Source: Paragordius varius
Lineage: Eukaryota; Animalia; Nematomorpha
Reading direction: 5' to 3'
NCBI GenBank assembly: GCA_964247055.1
Contig: OZ176056.1
Location: 4,557,001 to 4,590,000, forward strand
Length of the DNA stretch: 33,000 bases
Position 1 is the stretch's first letter, and the number at the start of each line of letters is the position of its first letter. A program made the position numbers and the translations under genes. This document shows, one piece after another, positions 1-10,299 of this stretch. The notes under the pieces were generated by a model, which was given only the letters and a program-made list of their open reading frames with translations, ran no database searches and was not told the DNA's origin.

Positions 1-445
1 AGATAATTAAATATGACCACTTTAAAATGAATAGGGCTTACCCAAACACATCATGGGTAAAAATGCACCCCATATCAATAATTCATTAAAGTAAATCATA
101 TTCTAAATTTTCTTATAAAAATAATATGTAAATGATATAATCGAAAAGATAATTGAGTTCAACAAAATGTTGGTACATTGAACCTGTATACTCATATTAA
201 AATAGCCAATTAGCAAAAAATTTTAACGTTCGAATTTAAAAAAGGTTCAACATGGCAATGTTTTTTATGGCTGGATGAATGTGTTGATACCATCGAGGTC
301 GATACCTTTTGCAATATTGGAAATGAAATCTCTCGAATTGCGGTTTTTAATTTTATATAGTATTGAGTTCCAAAGTTGGATCATAAACGTTTTAACATTC
401 GGATACAACACATTCATTTTAGTCCTTCGCTTCAAATTAGGGTAG

Positions 446-928
446 TTAAATACCCCAGGCCTGTTTAAAATTAAATTCTCTAAAAAATATGGAGGGAATC
501 GAAACATGGCAAAATTTAGCCCTTATATATCATTAATAAACCGAAATATATAAAAAATTTATTCAAAAATTCTTGATATTACTTAATTTAAGCTAAAACC
601 GAATGGTAAAAATTTGGTCAACGTGGCATGTGTGCACTGGGAAAATTAAGAAATAATATAAAATAAACCGCTTTTTCTATTTCTATCAATGTTAGATGTA
701 ATTTAAATAAAAAATTAGCTTTAATTTTACCCTTAATCTTTTTGCAAAAATTTTGTAAAATAAAAATGGCGTCGAAGTAGTTTGACATGGAACTTTTCTT
801 TCAAAACAAAATTTTATTTAGATATTTTGGCAAATATTTTTGTTAGAATAGAAGCAATTTAAATTGGGACCGATTCATTCAGTAGTTTTTTTAAAAATCA
901 TAACCTAAAATTTGTCTGGGGTATTTAA
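446..928. mobile_element. Non-autonomous TIR element, family C (copy 1)
   Basis: TTAAATACCCCAG at 446-458 is inverted at 916-928 (CTGGGGTATTTAA). The interior is a diverged direct match to 8130-8545 and an inverted match to 7030-7356. No coding capacity. Confidence 0.65.
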
Positions 929-1575
929 ATTCAGATGAAAAGTTTATATAAATCTTTTAGTATAGAAAATTATTTGTAAAATAAATTGAGTGCTGAGTTA
1001 TTAAGGTAATTTCACAAATAAGTTTTTTTACTGCAAATATTTATCACATGTCTAAATTGCAATCGATCGATTAATTTTGCATGTGAGTACAGATTTGATA
1101 AACCGTAATTTTCCAAAATAAGCTGGTGTCGTGTCAATGTAAAATAGTCGCGTTTGCGATAAAGGTAAAATGTTTGCGTTATTTAATTAAAAATAAATTA
1201 GGTAATTAAGTAAAAAAGTTTAATCCAATGCCTATGTCTAGTAAAGGGTAAATGATTGACTTAAAAGATTATTTTAATGTTACTTTAAGTAAACCAGTAA
1301 ATGAGATATTTTGGGCGTATCTATTATAAATAAATTTGTTGATATTTGGGCGTGCTGATGTTTTCATAAGAGACCTTATAGATGATAAATAAGCTACAAG
1401 TGGAGAAAACTAATTATAATTTGTGACGTTAATATTGGGATTATAATCAGATATATTAGTGCTGTATTTCAGCCGACGATGATGTATAATACACAAAAGG
1501 CCAGTAAAGAATCTGAAGAAATAAGGGAAAGGAGAATGCTTGACTGATGAGTTACGAGAAATATACAGTCATAGA

Positions 1576-2770
1576 TATACCATTTTTAATGCAAAAACAC
1601 CATTTTTTCAAGCAAAGACAATATTTTTTCAACCAAACGCATTTTTTTAAGCAAACCCAACCAACATCTTTTCAAGCAAAAACAACAATTTTTTTAAATT
1701 AATAAGATTTTTTTTATGCCAATTTAATTATTAAGTATATTTAATTTTAAGATAATATAATAAGGTTTCAGCGAGGAATTATGATTTTTATTGTTATATC
1801 ATTATCATCAATTGATGATATAATTGATTTTCAAACATTTTTAATTTTGCCCATAAGTTGCATTATTTATTTATATTAATTATTTTTTTTCTTCACCTAA
1901 TCAATCTATTCAAGAGTTTCTTTGATTTAGATTATCCTTCTCTTATTATAATTCCTTTTTTTTCAGTTTGCATAAAGTGTTGTTTTTGTTTTATTTAAAC
2001 TAATATCCAGTTTGCATAAAGTGTTGTTTTTGTTTTTTTAAATTTAAACTAATATCTATATTTATTAATATTTTTTGAACCAAAATTAATATTTTCATAG
2101 TTAAGAACAACCTTTATGTTTCGAGCTAATTTTCTTTAATTTATCAATATTTTAAACATTAATGTTTTTAACTAAATATCACGATCTATAACCCACGAAA
2201 CTTATGTATTTTTTAATGTTAAATTTTTCAAAGATAATAATAACGATATACCATTATTAAAGAAATGGTATTCTCTTATAAGTTTAGCTTAAATAAAGAA
2301 AATAGGTTTAAAATGATAGGATAGATGAATATTTTATTGTTTCATTAATAAAAGTTAAAATCAAAATTAAAATATTTAAGGATTAACTTGAAGTCCTCTA
2401 GCAGCTTTAAACTTTCAAGGACGATCTTGAAGTGCAAATTATATATATTGATTAGGTGAAACTGTTTTAAAAGAAAAAAATAATATAAATAAATAATGCA
2501 ATTTATGGGCAAAATTAAAATGTTTTAATATACCATTAAATTTTAATGATAAAACAATAAAAATCATAGTTCTACGCTAAAATTAAAATAAATTAACTTT
2601 AAATTTAATATGTCATAAAATAAAAAAAATTTAATTTAAAAAAATTGTTGTTTTTGCTTGAAAAAATATTGTCTTTGCTTGAATAATGTTGCGTTTGGAT
2701 GAAAAAATGTTTCTTTGGTCGAAGTTGCGTTAACTCAAAAAAAATGATGTTTTTGCAAAAAAATGGTATA
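1576..2770. mobile_element. ~1.2-kb foldback element, family D
   Basis: Exact terminal inverted 10-mer TATACCATTT (1576-1585) / AAATGGTATA (2761-2770). Imperfect arms ~1576-1900 vs ~2450-2770, e.g. TTTTGCCCATAA/TTATGGGCAAAA and CACCTAATCAAT/ATTGATTAGGTG. Arms contain ~20-bp TTTTTCAAGCAAA-like subrepeats. Confidence 0.75.
1967..2056 (+). repeat. Tandem duplication, ~42-bp unit x2, inside the family D spacer
   Basis: CAGTTTGCATAAAGTGTTGTTTTTGTTTT...TTTAAACTAATATC occurs twice in tandem. Confidence 0.85.
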
Positions 2771-3548
2771 GATGTAGTTTAAATGTTGTTTAACTGATAA
2801 TATTATGGTCAACCGGGTGGTGACCTTTTTTACAACTACACTCTTAGTTTTTTAATAATAAGGCTGCATTATTTACGAATTTATTGTACCTCACATCTTA
2901 ACTCTAATTTTTTAAATTATGGTTACACCCTCCTGTGCAATACTCGACTCCAAACATACCCATCTTCATCGCCATAAAAACCACATCCTGCTTACGCTTA
3001 AAATCTGAAAAACCAAATAACTCAAATCTTCCATGCAAAAAAATCATAAAATCTTAAATAATTTATATTTCTTTACCAAATGTTTTGAATAAATCTTTTC
3101 AATCCCTGAACTAGAAAAAATTATAAATAGAAATCAACAGGAGAAGATTTTAGGTGGCCTACTTAGGTGAATATCTAATATATTAGAATTAGATTATTCA
3201 TGTTGGCAAAGAGACCTTAAGAACCCAAATTTGTTGGCAGTGTTTAATCCTGTGCGACGCGTTTAGACCTGTTGTGGACTTATCAATCACATTTAATGAA
3301 CTCGGGTAAACACTGTGAGTTAAGGAATGGTACATATTTATATTGAACTCCATTCAATTTAAAACCGAAAGTCGATGAAATGTCCGATTATATTAATATT
3401 TAGCCAGATATAGCTGTTGATTTCTAACTCATAAGAAGATGGCGCCTTTGGCTCTATAATTAAAATTAGTTGAGACAAATAGTTATATACTTTTACAATG
3501 TTATACAATCTGTGTAAAATATGAAATATTTATATATTTCCCTATATA

Positions 3549-3660
3549 CACTGTGTCCCACCGAAATCGGGTATATATAAAAATATCCTTAACTTATACC
3601 TTTTGAGAGAAAAATGTATCAGGATTATTATGGTGCTTTTGGCTTTGGTTACAAATCCTA
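3549..3660 (+). mobile_element. Family A foldback element, isolated left end
   Basis: TA|CACTGTGTCCCACCGAAATCGGG...AAAATGTATCAGGATTATTATGGTGCTTTTGGCTTTGG matches arm starts at ~6890, ~15540 and ~16410 and inverted copies at ~5670, ~17440 and ~18020. Confidence 0.6.
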
Positions 3661-3711
3661 AAAAATGACCCATGTCATTTTAATTTTTAAGCGTATTACA
3701 ATTTAGGTGAA

Positions 3712-3715
<4 letters not shown>

Positions 3716-3753
<38 letters not shown>
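3716..3753. repeat. (AT)n microsatellite
   Basis: Perfect AT dinucleotide run. Confidence 0.95.
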
Positions 3754-3759
<6 letters not shown>

Positions 3760-3780
3760 ATCATGTAAACATGTTTTTGT

Positions 3781-4260
3781 TTTGAGAAGCGTAAAGAACA
3801 AGCGATAACCAATTTGATTCTCTTGGCTCATTTATTAAAAACCATGTCGAAAAAATTTTAAACAGCGACGATACCACAAAGGCACTTGATGCTCTTAAAT
3901 GTTTATGTCTCAATTGTGATTTTCTATGAAAAAAATCTATTCATATTTTGTAAAAGATATGGTTAAAAATGGAATTATTGAAAAGTTGGAATATGGCCCT
4001 TTAAAGATCGAAATATTTTGGAAGTTTCTAGGTTCAATTAACGACTATCAAGACTTGTCTTCACTGGTCATGAGAGTTATTTATACCCGCTTCAAGTAAG
4101 TGCAGCGGAAAGAAGTTTTTTATGCAAAAATGTTTACATAATCCCATAGAAACCTTTCAAATGAAAATCGTTTAAACAAATTAAGGACTGATAAATATAA
4201 TTTACGGCATGTTGACACAACTGGCAGTGATGAAGATGAGGATAAAACAATTATTAATTG
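3781..4260 (+). pseudogene. Decayed hAT-superfamily transposase, C-terminal dimerisation region
   Basis: Manual translation across frameshifts gives FEKRKEQAIT..LAHLL / YGPLKIEIFWKFLGSINDYQDLSSLVMRVIYT / PASS / AAERSF (GAA AGA AGT TTT at 4108-4119) / RNLSNENRLNKLRTDKYNLR. This fits the hAT pattern W..YP.L..LA.R.L..PASSA..ERSFS...RNRL...L..L..IKYN. Stops and frameshifts are present. Confidence 0.72.
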
Positions 4261-4659
4261 TTTTTGGATTTGAAATATATATTTTATTAACTTTATGGGC
4301 CAATGACTAGAGTATAGAGAAATATTTGGTTTCAATAAAACGTTCAGCAGATTTTTGTTTTTGTTAATAATTTAGATTTTTTATTGTGTTAATTTTAATA
4401 CTTAACGCTATTTATCTTTTGCCTTTGATTTAAAACTTTCATAAGGCCATATATATGATTCCAGGAGAGATCCTTTATTGTAAAAATTTAATATATTATA
4501 ATTTATCAGTGTATTGGTGTTAATAATTCTTTTTGAAATATTTTTTATTTAAAGACCTTCCTAATAATTATTATAAAAGTTTATGTGTGTAGTTTTTCAT
4601 TTAGTCTGACCTAGTTCTTCTTTTATTGGAAAAGGGGGTCAAACTCACAACCCTAGTTA

Positions 4660-5720
4660 CGGGTGATAAAACAAAGTTATTTGCGCTTTTATAGTGACTG
4701 CTCCGTATTAAAAATGGCAAAATTTGAACATATTTTAAATAAAAATTTTTGCTCTACGGTAAATACTCTATTTCCAAAAATATCACTAAAATATATCATA
4801 TAGCATAAAGAAAACAAAAAATATTAAAAAAAATATTTTTTAGATGTGGGCTCCAGGTTTCCCAAATTCTATCGCTCTTCTAAAATGAATTAGTTCTCTC
4901 AAAAAAAACAAGAAACGGGATTGCGCAGTAAAAAAATTAAATATATGCTAAATTTTGATATCACTAAAATATTTAAAAAAAAATTTTTTTTAGCAAAATT
5001 TTGTTTAAGCGCACATACTATTTTGAGGCAGGATAGAAACGGTATAAAAATGCTTGAAGATATTATAAAAAACATATTTTCGAATTAATTCGATGAAACA
5101 TTTCTATCACTTCAGAATTATGATTTAAAGGTTATTTGCTTTAAAAGTTTGGTGTGTAAGAAAACACAATATTAATTTGACATGATTTGAAGACAAACGA
5201 ATATTTTAATCGAAATTTTAAGGTAAAAAGGTTCAGCATCATTGATTCATATAGAAAAGCGTATTTATACCGTTTCCATAATGGTTTTAAAGAGTATAAC
5301 GTACGCATCAACATAATTTTGCGAAAAAATAAAATTTTTAGAAAAACTGTGCATTTTTTATAAATTTTTAGAAAAAGTGTGCATTTTTAAAAAAATATTT
5401 TTTGTTTATATCAATAATTAGCAGTATCTTACCGCGCAATCCCGGCATTGCAAAAAAATTTGGGGCTTTCAGAGGCCACATATTTTTAAAAACAATGCTT
5501 TTCTTTTATAGGTAGTTTATGATATATTTTAATTTGGAATGATGCATTTACTCAAAAGACTTATCTATAGTTTGCGCCGATTTTGATATCTTCTGATATA
5601 GCCCTTTCCACAAAAGTGGATATAGTTTTCTCAAATCACTCGTAAGCACCAAAAGAGCACCAAAAAAATCCTGATACATTTACTATCAAAATATATATTC
5701 CATCAGGTTATTTTTTGTGG
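4660..5720. mobile_element. Family A ~1.1-kb foldback element (near-complete copy)
   Basis: Symmetric inverted landmarks around a centre near 5150: TAGATGTGGG (~4841) / CCACATATTT (~5476), GGGATTGCGCAGTAA (~4917) / TTACCGCGCAATCCC (~5429), AAACGGTATAAAAATGCTT (~5037) / AAGCGTATTTATACCGTTT (~5257). The same landmarks occur at 16400-17500. Confidence 0.75.
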
Positions 5721-6111
5721 ATGTTATGCAGCGCGGTCCGCAAAGCCATATGTATTGAACACCTCTCACCTAATACTTCATTACCATTTCACTCTTTTGT
5801 CCTAGTTTACTTTTTGGGGTAGTTTTATATCTCAGAGCTCCATTATGTAAATAAACTACAAAAGCGTATATTTTTACAGTTCTGTGACTTCCAGAGTCCA
5901 AAATTGGGCTCCAGGCGATTGAAACGAACAGCTGATATTAAAATCAAATTATATCAAGTTTTTGCTGGAATGTAGCCTGATAGCTTGTCAAAGTTAATTA
6001 TTTACATTTAATATACACTTATTTGTCTGTTGCATTAGCGATTTAAAAAAATTATAAAAAATGGGGACAAAAAAAGATGAGGATTTTTTTACAATTATAC
6101 ATTTTTTTTTA

Positions 6112-6209
6112 AAAAAATTGCATAATCGCCTCAAGGGCTAAAGGCTAATTTAAAATTCGTAAAAAATTGCATAATCGCCTCAAGGGCTAAAGACTAAATT
6201 TAAATTCGA
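6112..6209 (+). repeat. Tandem duplication, 49-bp unit x2
   Basis: AAAAAATTGCATAATCGCCTCAAGGGCTAAAG(G/A)CTAA(T/A)TT(A/T)AAATTCG at 6112-6160 and 6161-6209, nearly identical. Confidence 0.9.
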
Positions 6210-6889
6210 CTTAATACCTTAATTATTTTTAAGATTAATTTCAAATGGCTTTGGGATATAAAATCTATCCCAAAAGGGAATAGAGTGTTAATATATAATT
6301 ATATGGGTCATTATACTTTCACGAATAACTTATATAAATAGTTTACAAATAGCACAAAATATACCCCAAATTCGCTTAATACAGTAACGAATGACTTGAA
6401 CAATGAATTTGTATTATCCGACTTAACATTTATTATATTAACTATATCGTAATCAATTTAATTAATACAAACTTTTTGTCATAAATATAAAATAGTTTCA
6501 TTGAATTAACTCTAATAAAACAAACTGGGTCATTTAACTTTATAATATCCTTAAAAAAGTTTATTTTGTTTTTTAAAATTAAAGTAATATAAGCTGGCTA
6601 CAATTTTCACGAATAAATGCCCTCAAGTCCAAAGAGAATGATACAAAAGAGGTTTTTCACTTGAAAAATTTTATGATTATAAAACTGCACAATTTTGCGA
6701 AAAATGTAAGTTTGGTTGGCATAGCTTAAGCTACTAGTATTCCATTTTCTTTTCCGAAGTTTTCTTTCACAGAGCGAATCGAAATTTGAAAAAAATAATT
6801 TTTTAGCCTTCGTGATTAAAAAGTATAAATTGCCTATATACACAGTGTTTAAAAACATGTCAAAATTTATATAATATATATATAGTAAT

Positions 6890-7005
6890 AGGAAAATGTA
6901 TCACGATTATCATGGTATTTTTGGTTTTGGCCTTACGAGAAGAAAGTTATTTACACTTTTGTGGTAAGTGCTCCATATTTTAAAATGGTAATTTTTGCGC
7001 ATTTT
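6890..7005 (+). mobile_element. Family A left arm (outer layer of the nested cluster)
   Basis: GGAAAATGTATCACGATTATCATGGTATTTTTGGTTTTGGCCTTACGAG...CACTTTTGTGGTAAGTGCTCCATA, homologous to 15586-15670 and inverted at ~8940-9040. Confidence 0.65.
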
Positions 7006-7029
7006 ATTCCACTTTGATCGAAATTGGGC

Positions 7030-7356
7030 TATTAAAATACCCCACTTTAAATAAGTTGATATTTTTAAAAAACTATTGAAAGAAACGGTCCCAATTTAAA
7101 CTTATGCTTTTCTAATAAAATTATTTAAATAAACCAAGATATTTAAATAAAATTTAGTTTTGAATAAAAAGTTTTATATCAAACTATTTCGATGCCATTT
7201 TTTTTACAATATTTTGCGAAATATCAGTTTTATTTAATTTTTAAAGCTGAAATTAATATTTTTTCTTAATTATATTTAACATAAATGAAAACGGAACAAG
7301 TGGTTTATTTTGTATTATTTTGAAATTTAGCTAATACTCACATGTCATTTTGACCA
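7030..7356 (-). mobile_element. Family C partial copy, inverted, truncated where family B begins
   Basis: Reverse complement aligns by eye with 615-930, e.g. GGTCCCAATTTAAA vs TTTAAATTGGGACC and CACATGTCATTTTGACCA vs TGGTCAACGTGGCATGTG. Confidence 0.65.
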
Positions 7357-7357
7357 A

Positions 7358-7990
7358 GTGTGGGGTGAAAAAAAATTTTTTTACTTGGTCTGCAAGTTTC
7401 TCAAGTCATGGCTTGCTTTCATTTGATAAAAAAATTTAACATTAGACGACTTAACTCAACAAAATCTTGGAGGTGATAAAAAATCATATGATCAAGTAAA
7501 ACTTATGAATTTGGCAAGTGTGGCGTAGGGAACACTTGAAAGATTTGAAAATATGGATAAAAATATTTTTTTAACTATTTATGTATGTAACATAGGCTTT
7601 GTTAATAATATTGTTTATTTGAAATTTTGGTTATTTAATCTATTCAAATTGGGTGGATACGAGGATAAATTGTTAAAAAAACTGTGCTAATATTTAAGAA
7701 TGCATATAAAATATGCTAAATATATCGATTGCGTGAACCCGAAAAAAAATTTGATTGTCGATATTCTTATTAATAATTACTTGTGAAATTTCAAATCTTC
7801 GTTTAATAAAAGCTAAAATTCATTAAATAATGTAAATAATTTATTTCATCTAAATTTGTTTCTAATGGGATGTTGATAATCTGATAAAAATAATAATATG
7901 TATTGTATAAACATTCCCCATTATATTTGCAAATGATCTCCTAACAAAATGACTAGTATTGTAAAATAATAGAGAGTGTTTTGAGAGCGG
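7358..7990 (+). mobile_element. Family B partial copy (inverted relative to 9400-10100)
   Basis: About 630 bp inverted-homologous to 9400-10092, e.g. CAAGTCATGGCTTGCTTTCAT vs ATGAAAGCAAGCCATGACTTG and GGAGGTGATAAAAAATCATATG vs CATATGATTTTTTATCACCTCC. Confidence 0.8.
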
Positions 7991-8116
7991 TTTTATAATT
8001 AAAACCTTTGAGTTTTATCACAAAACAAGTTATATCTAGTATATTTGAACGATTTATTTATATTTTGATTGATTAATACTTGTATTTAACACATTCATAT
8101 AAGTCCTTAGATTAAA

Positions 8117-8674
8117 ATTGGGGTATTTAAATACCCAGGGTTATTTAATATTAAATACAACAAAATATAGAGAAAATTGGAATTATGGCAAATGTTTGCA
8201 CTAAAAAAATAAAAAATACTTGATATTACTTATTCAGAAATTAATCTCAAAGGTAAAAGTTTGAGAAGCATGACATGTGTGTTTTTGGTAAATAATAAAA
8301 TAATGCAAAATCATTTTTTCATCAATGTTAAATATGTTTTTAATAAAAAGGTAACCTTAATTTTAGGCTCATAAAAAATTTGCAAAAATGTTCTAAAATT
8401 AAATTGGATGTAGTTTGATACGGAACTCTTTTCCCAAAACTATTTTTTTATTGCTTATTTATATAATATTTATTGGGATTAAAGCGTAAATTTTAATTTA
8501 AACCGTTTGTTTCAGTAGTTTTTAAAAAATATTAACCTAAATATTGTATGTTTTTCGTTACCGAATTGAAGCCGATGTATAAAAATTATATAAGTGCAAA
8601 CATTTTCCATGGTTTCGATTCCTTCCACATTTTTTAAGTTTTTAATTAAAAGGCCTGGGGTATCTTACCCCAAT
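8117..8674. mobile_element. Family C MITE, complete-looking copy with ~85-bp imperfect TIRs
   Basis: Left end ATTGGGGTATTTAAATACCCAGG...ATGGCAAATGTTTGCACT; right end reverse complement ATTGGGGTAAGATACCCCAGG...ATGGAAAATGTTTGCACT. Interior matches 450-910. Confidence 0.7.
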
Positions 8675-8789
8675 ATGAAATGAAGCGCTGGAATAAATAT
8701 ATTTTCGTAACTAATTTTAGCCTACGGTAAACGACCCGAATTCCGAAAGCTGAATAAATTTGGGAGCCATTCCAAAAATATCCATAAAT

Positions 8790-9092
8790 CTATATCATAA
8801 ACTATCTATACAAAGCAAAACATTTTTAAAAATTAAAAATTTTCAAATATAATTTTTTTATAGGTGGTTTTATTTTAGTGAGTTTTTCGAATTAAGCATT
8901 TGGCTTTCGCCGAAAAAAATATTTTAAATGTGGACAAATTTTGCCATTTTCTCATATGGAGGACTCACCACAAAAATATATGAAACCTTCTTATATAACT
9001 CGTAGGCCAAAATTAAAATCACTATAATAATCCTATACGTCCTCTCAAAATTTATTAATATATTTCATCAGGTTATTTTTTGCGACACTGTG
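8790..9092 (-). mobile_element. Family A right arm
   Basis: Inverted family A landmarks CTCACCACAAAA, ACTCGTAGGCCAAAA and CATCAGGTTATTTTTTG, ending in ...GCGACACTGTG. Confidence 0.6.
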
Positions 9093-10100
9093 GGTGGGGT
9101 GATGAAAAAGTCGCACTTGACTTGTAAGCCAAGCGTGGCAAGTTGAGCAAGATTACTTAAGCCAGCAAGTGTACACTTGAAGATCGGTGATTGAAAAAAC
9201 ACTCAAGTCAAGTCTTTTGCTTATGAATGTAACAGTTTTTTGCCACCCAATTCGAATCATTTTCAGCTAAAATTTATGAAATAAGGCACAAAAAGATAAA
9301 AAATAACAATATGCATTTATTGAAGTTTTTCAAACTTACTGGCACGTATCTTATATAATATTATAGAGTTTTCTGAATTGTGATGGTGATAATTTTTAGA
9401 TTGATGAAACCATTCGCCCTTAAAACACTTTCCATTTATTTAACCACACTACTTATTTTGTTTGGAGTCCAATTGCAAATATAATGGGAAGATGTTTATA
9501 CAATACAACATAATTATTTCTAATTGATTATAAACATTACATTCGAAATAAATTTATGATGAAATAAATTCTTGACATTGGATAAAAGTGTTGCTTTTAA
9601 TAAACGAAGATTTAAAATTTTACAAAATTAATATTTAATTATTAATTTTAAGAAATTTTCGAGAATCCATTTTTTTTCCGGTCACGGAATTGATATATTT
9701 AGCATATTTTTATGGGCCATGTTATTTAATATTAGCAGAGTCTTTCTATAAATTTATCCTCTTTTGTATCCACCCAATGAATAGATTAATTAGCCAAAAT
9801 TTATCAAATTAACAATTTATAGCATTAATAAAGGTTTGAATTACATATAAAACCATTTTGTATATAAATAGTTTCCAAAATAATTTTATCCATATTTTTA
9901 AATCTGTCAAGTGTGCCCTACACCACACTTGCAAAATCTTTAAGTTTTACTTGAACATATGATTTTTTATCACCTCCTTATCAAGTCTTGCTTGACTTAA
10001 GTCGTGTAATGTTAAATTTTTTATATCACATGAAAGCAAGCCATGACTTGAAAAACTTACAAGTCAAGTCAAAAAAAATTTTTTATCACCCGACCCTGTG
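9093..10100. mobile_element. Family B ~1-kb TIR element ending 200 bp upstream of RPS13
   Basis: Left end GGTGGGGTGATGAAAAAG; right end reverse complement TA|CACAGGGTCGGGTGATAAAAAA (TA at 10101-10102). Rich in ACTTGA/TCAAGT subrepeats. The TA + CACAG terminus is Tc1/mariner-like (inference). A similar end motif GGGGTGAGGTGAAAAAA occurs at ~32948. Confidence 0.65.
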
Positions 10101-10299
10101 TACATGAGAATAATGTTATATAAATTTTAAGTCAAATAGTTTTAACGTATTTAAATAAAACCAAAATATAAACCAGGTCAAAAAGTGAAAAGGGAATGAA
10201 GTATTAAAAAATTATACTAAAATGTTTTAATTCCGATTGAAAAAAACTATCATCTGTTTACACTTTGTTTGGTTATAAACATCCTAACAACATCTCAAC

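Noticed and set aside
265-507. 80-aa minus-strand ORF
   Set aside because: Begins inside the family C repeat end, has AT-biased composition and no homology or splice support.
2900-3120. Minus-strand coding-like stretch (DFMIFLHGRFELFGF...YCTGGCNH)
   Set aside because: Under 50 codons, tested splice combinations give stops, and no family is recognised.
6594-6870. Possible + strand gene needing a 19-nt intron, and antisense ORF 6607-6858
   Set aside because: No recognisable product, no start or upstream exon, and the two strands shadow each other; cannot be supported without RNA data.
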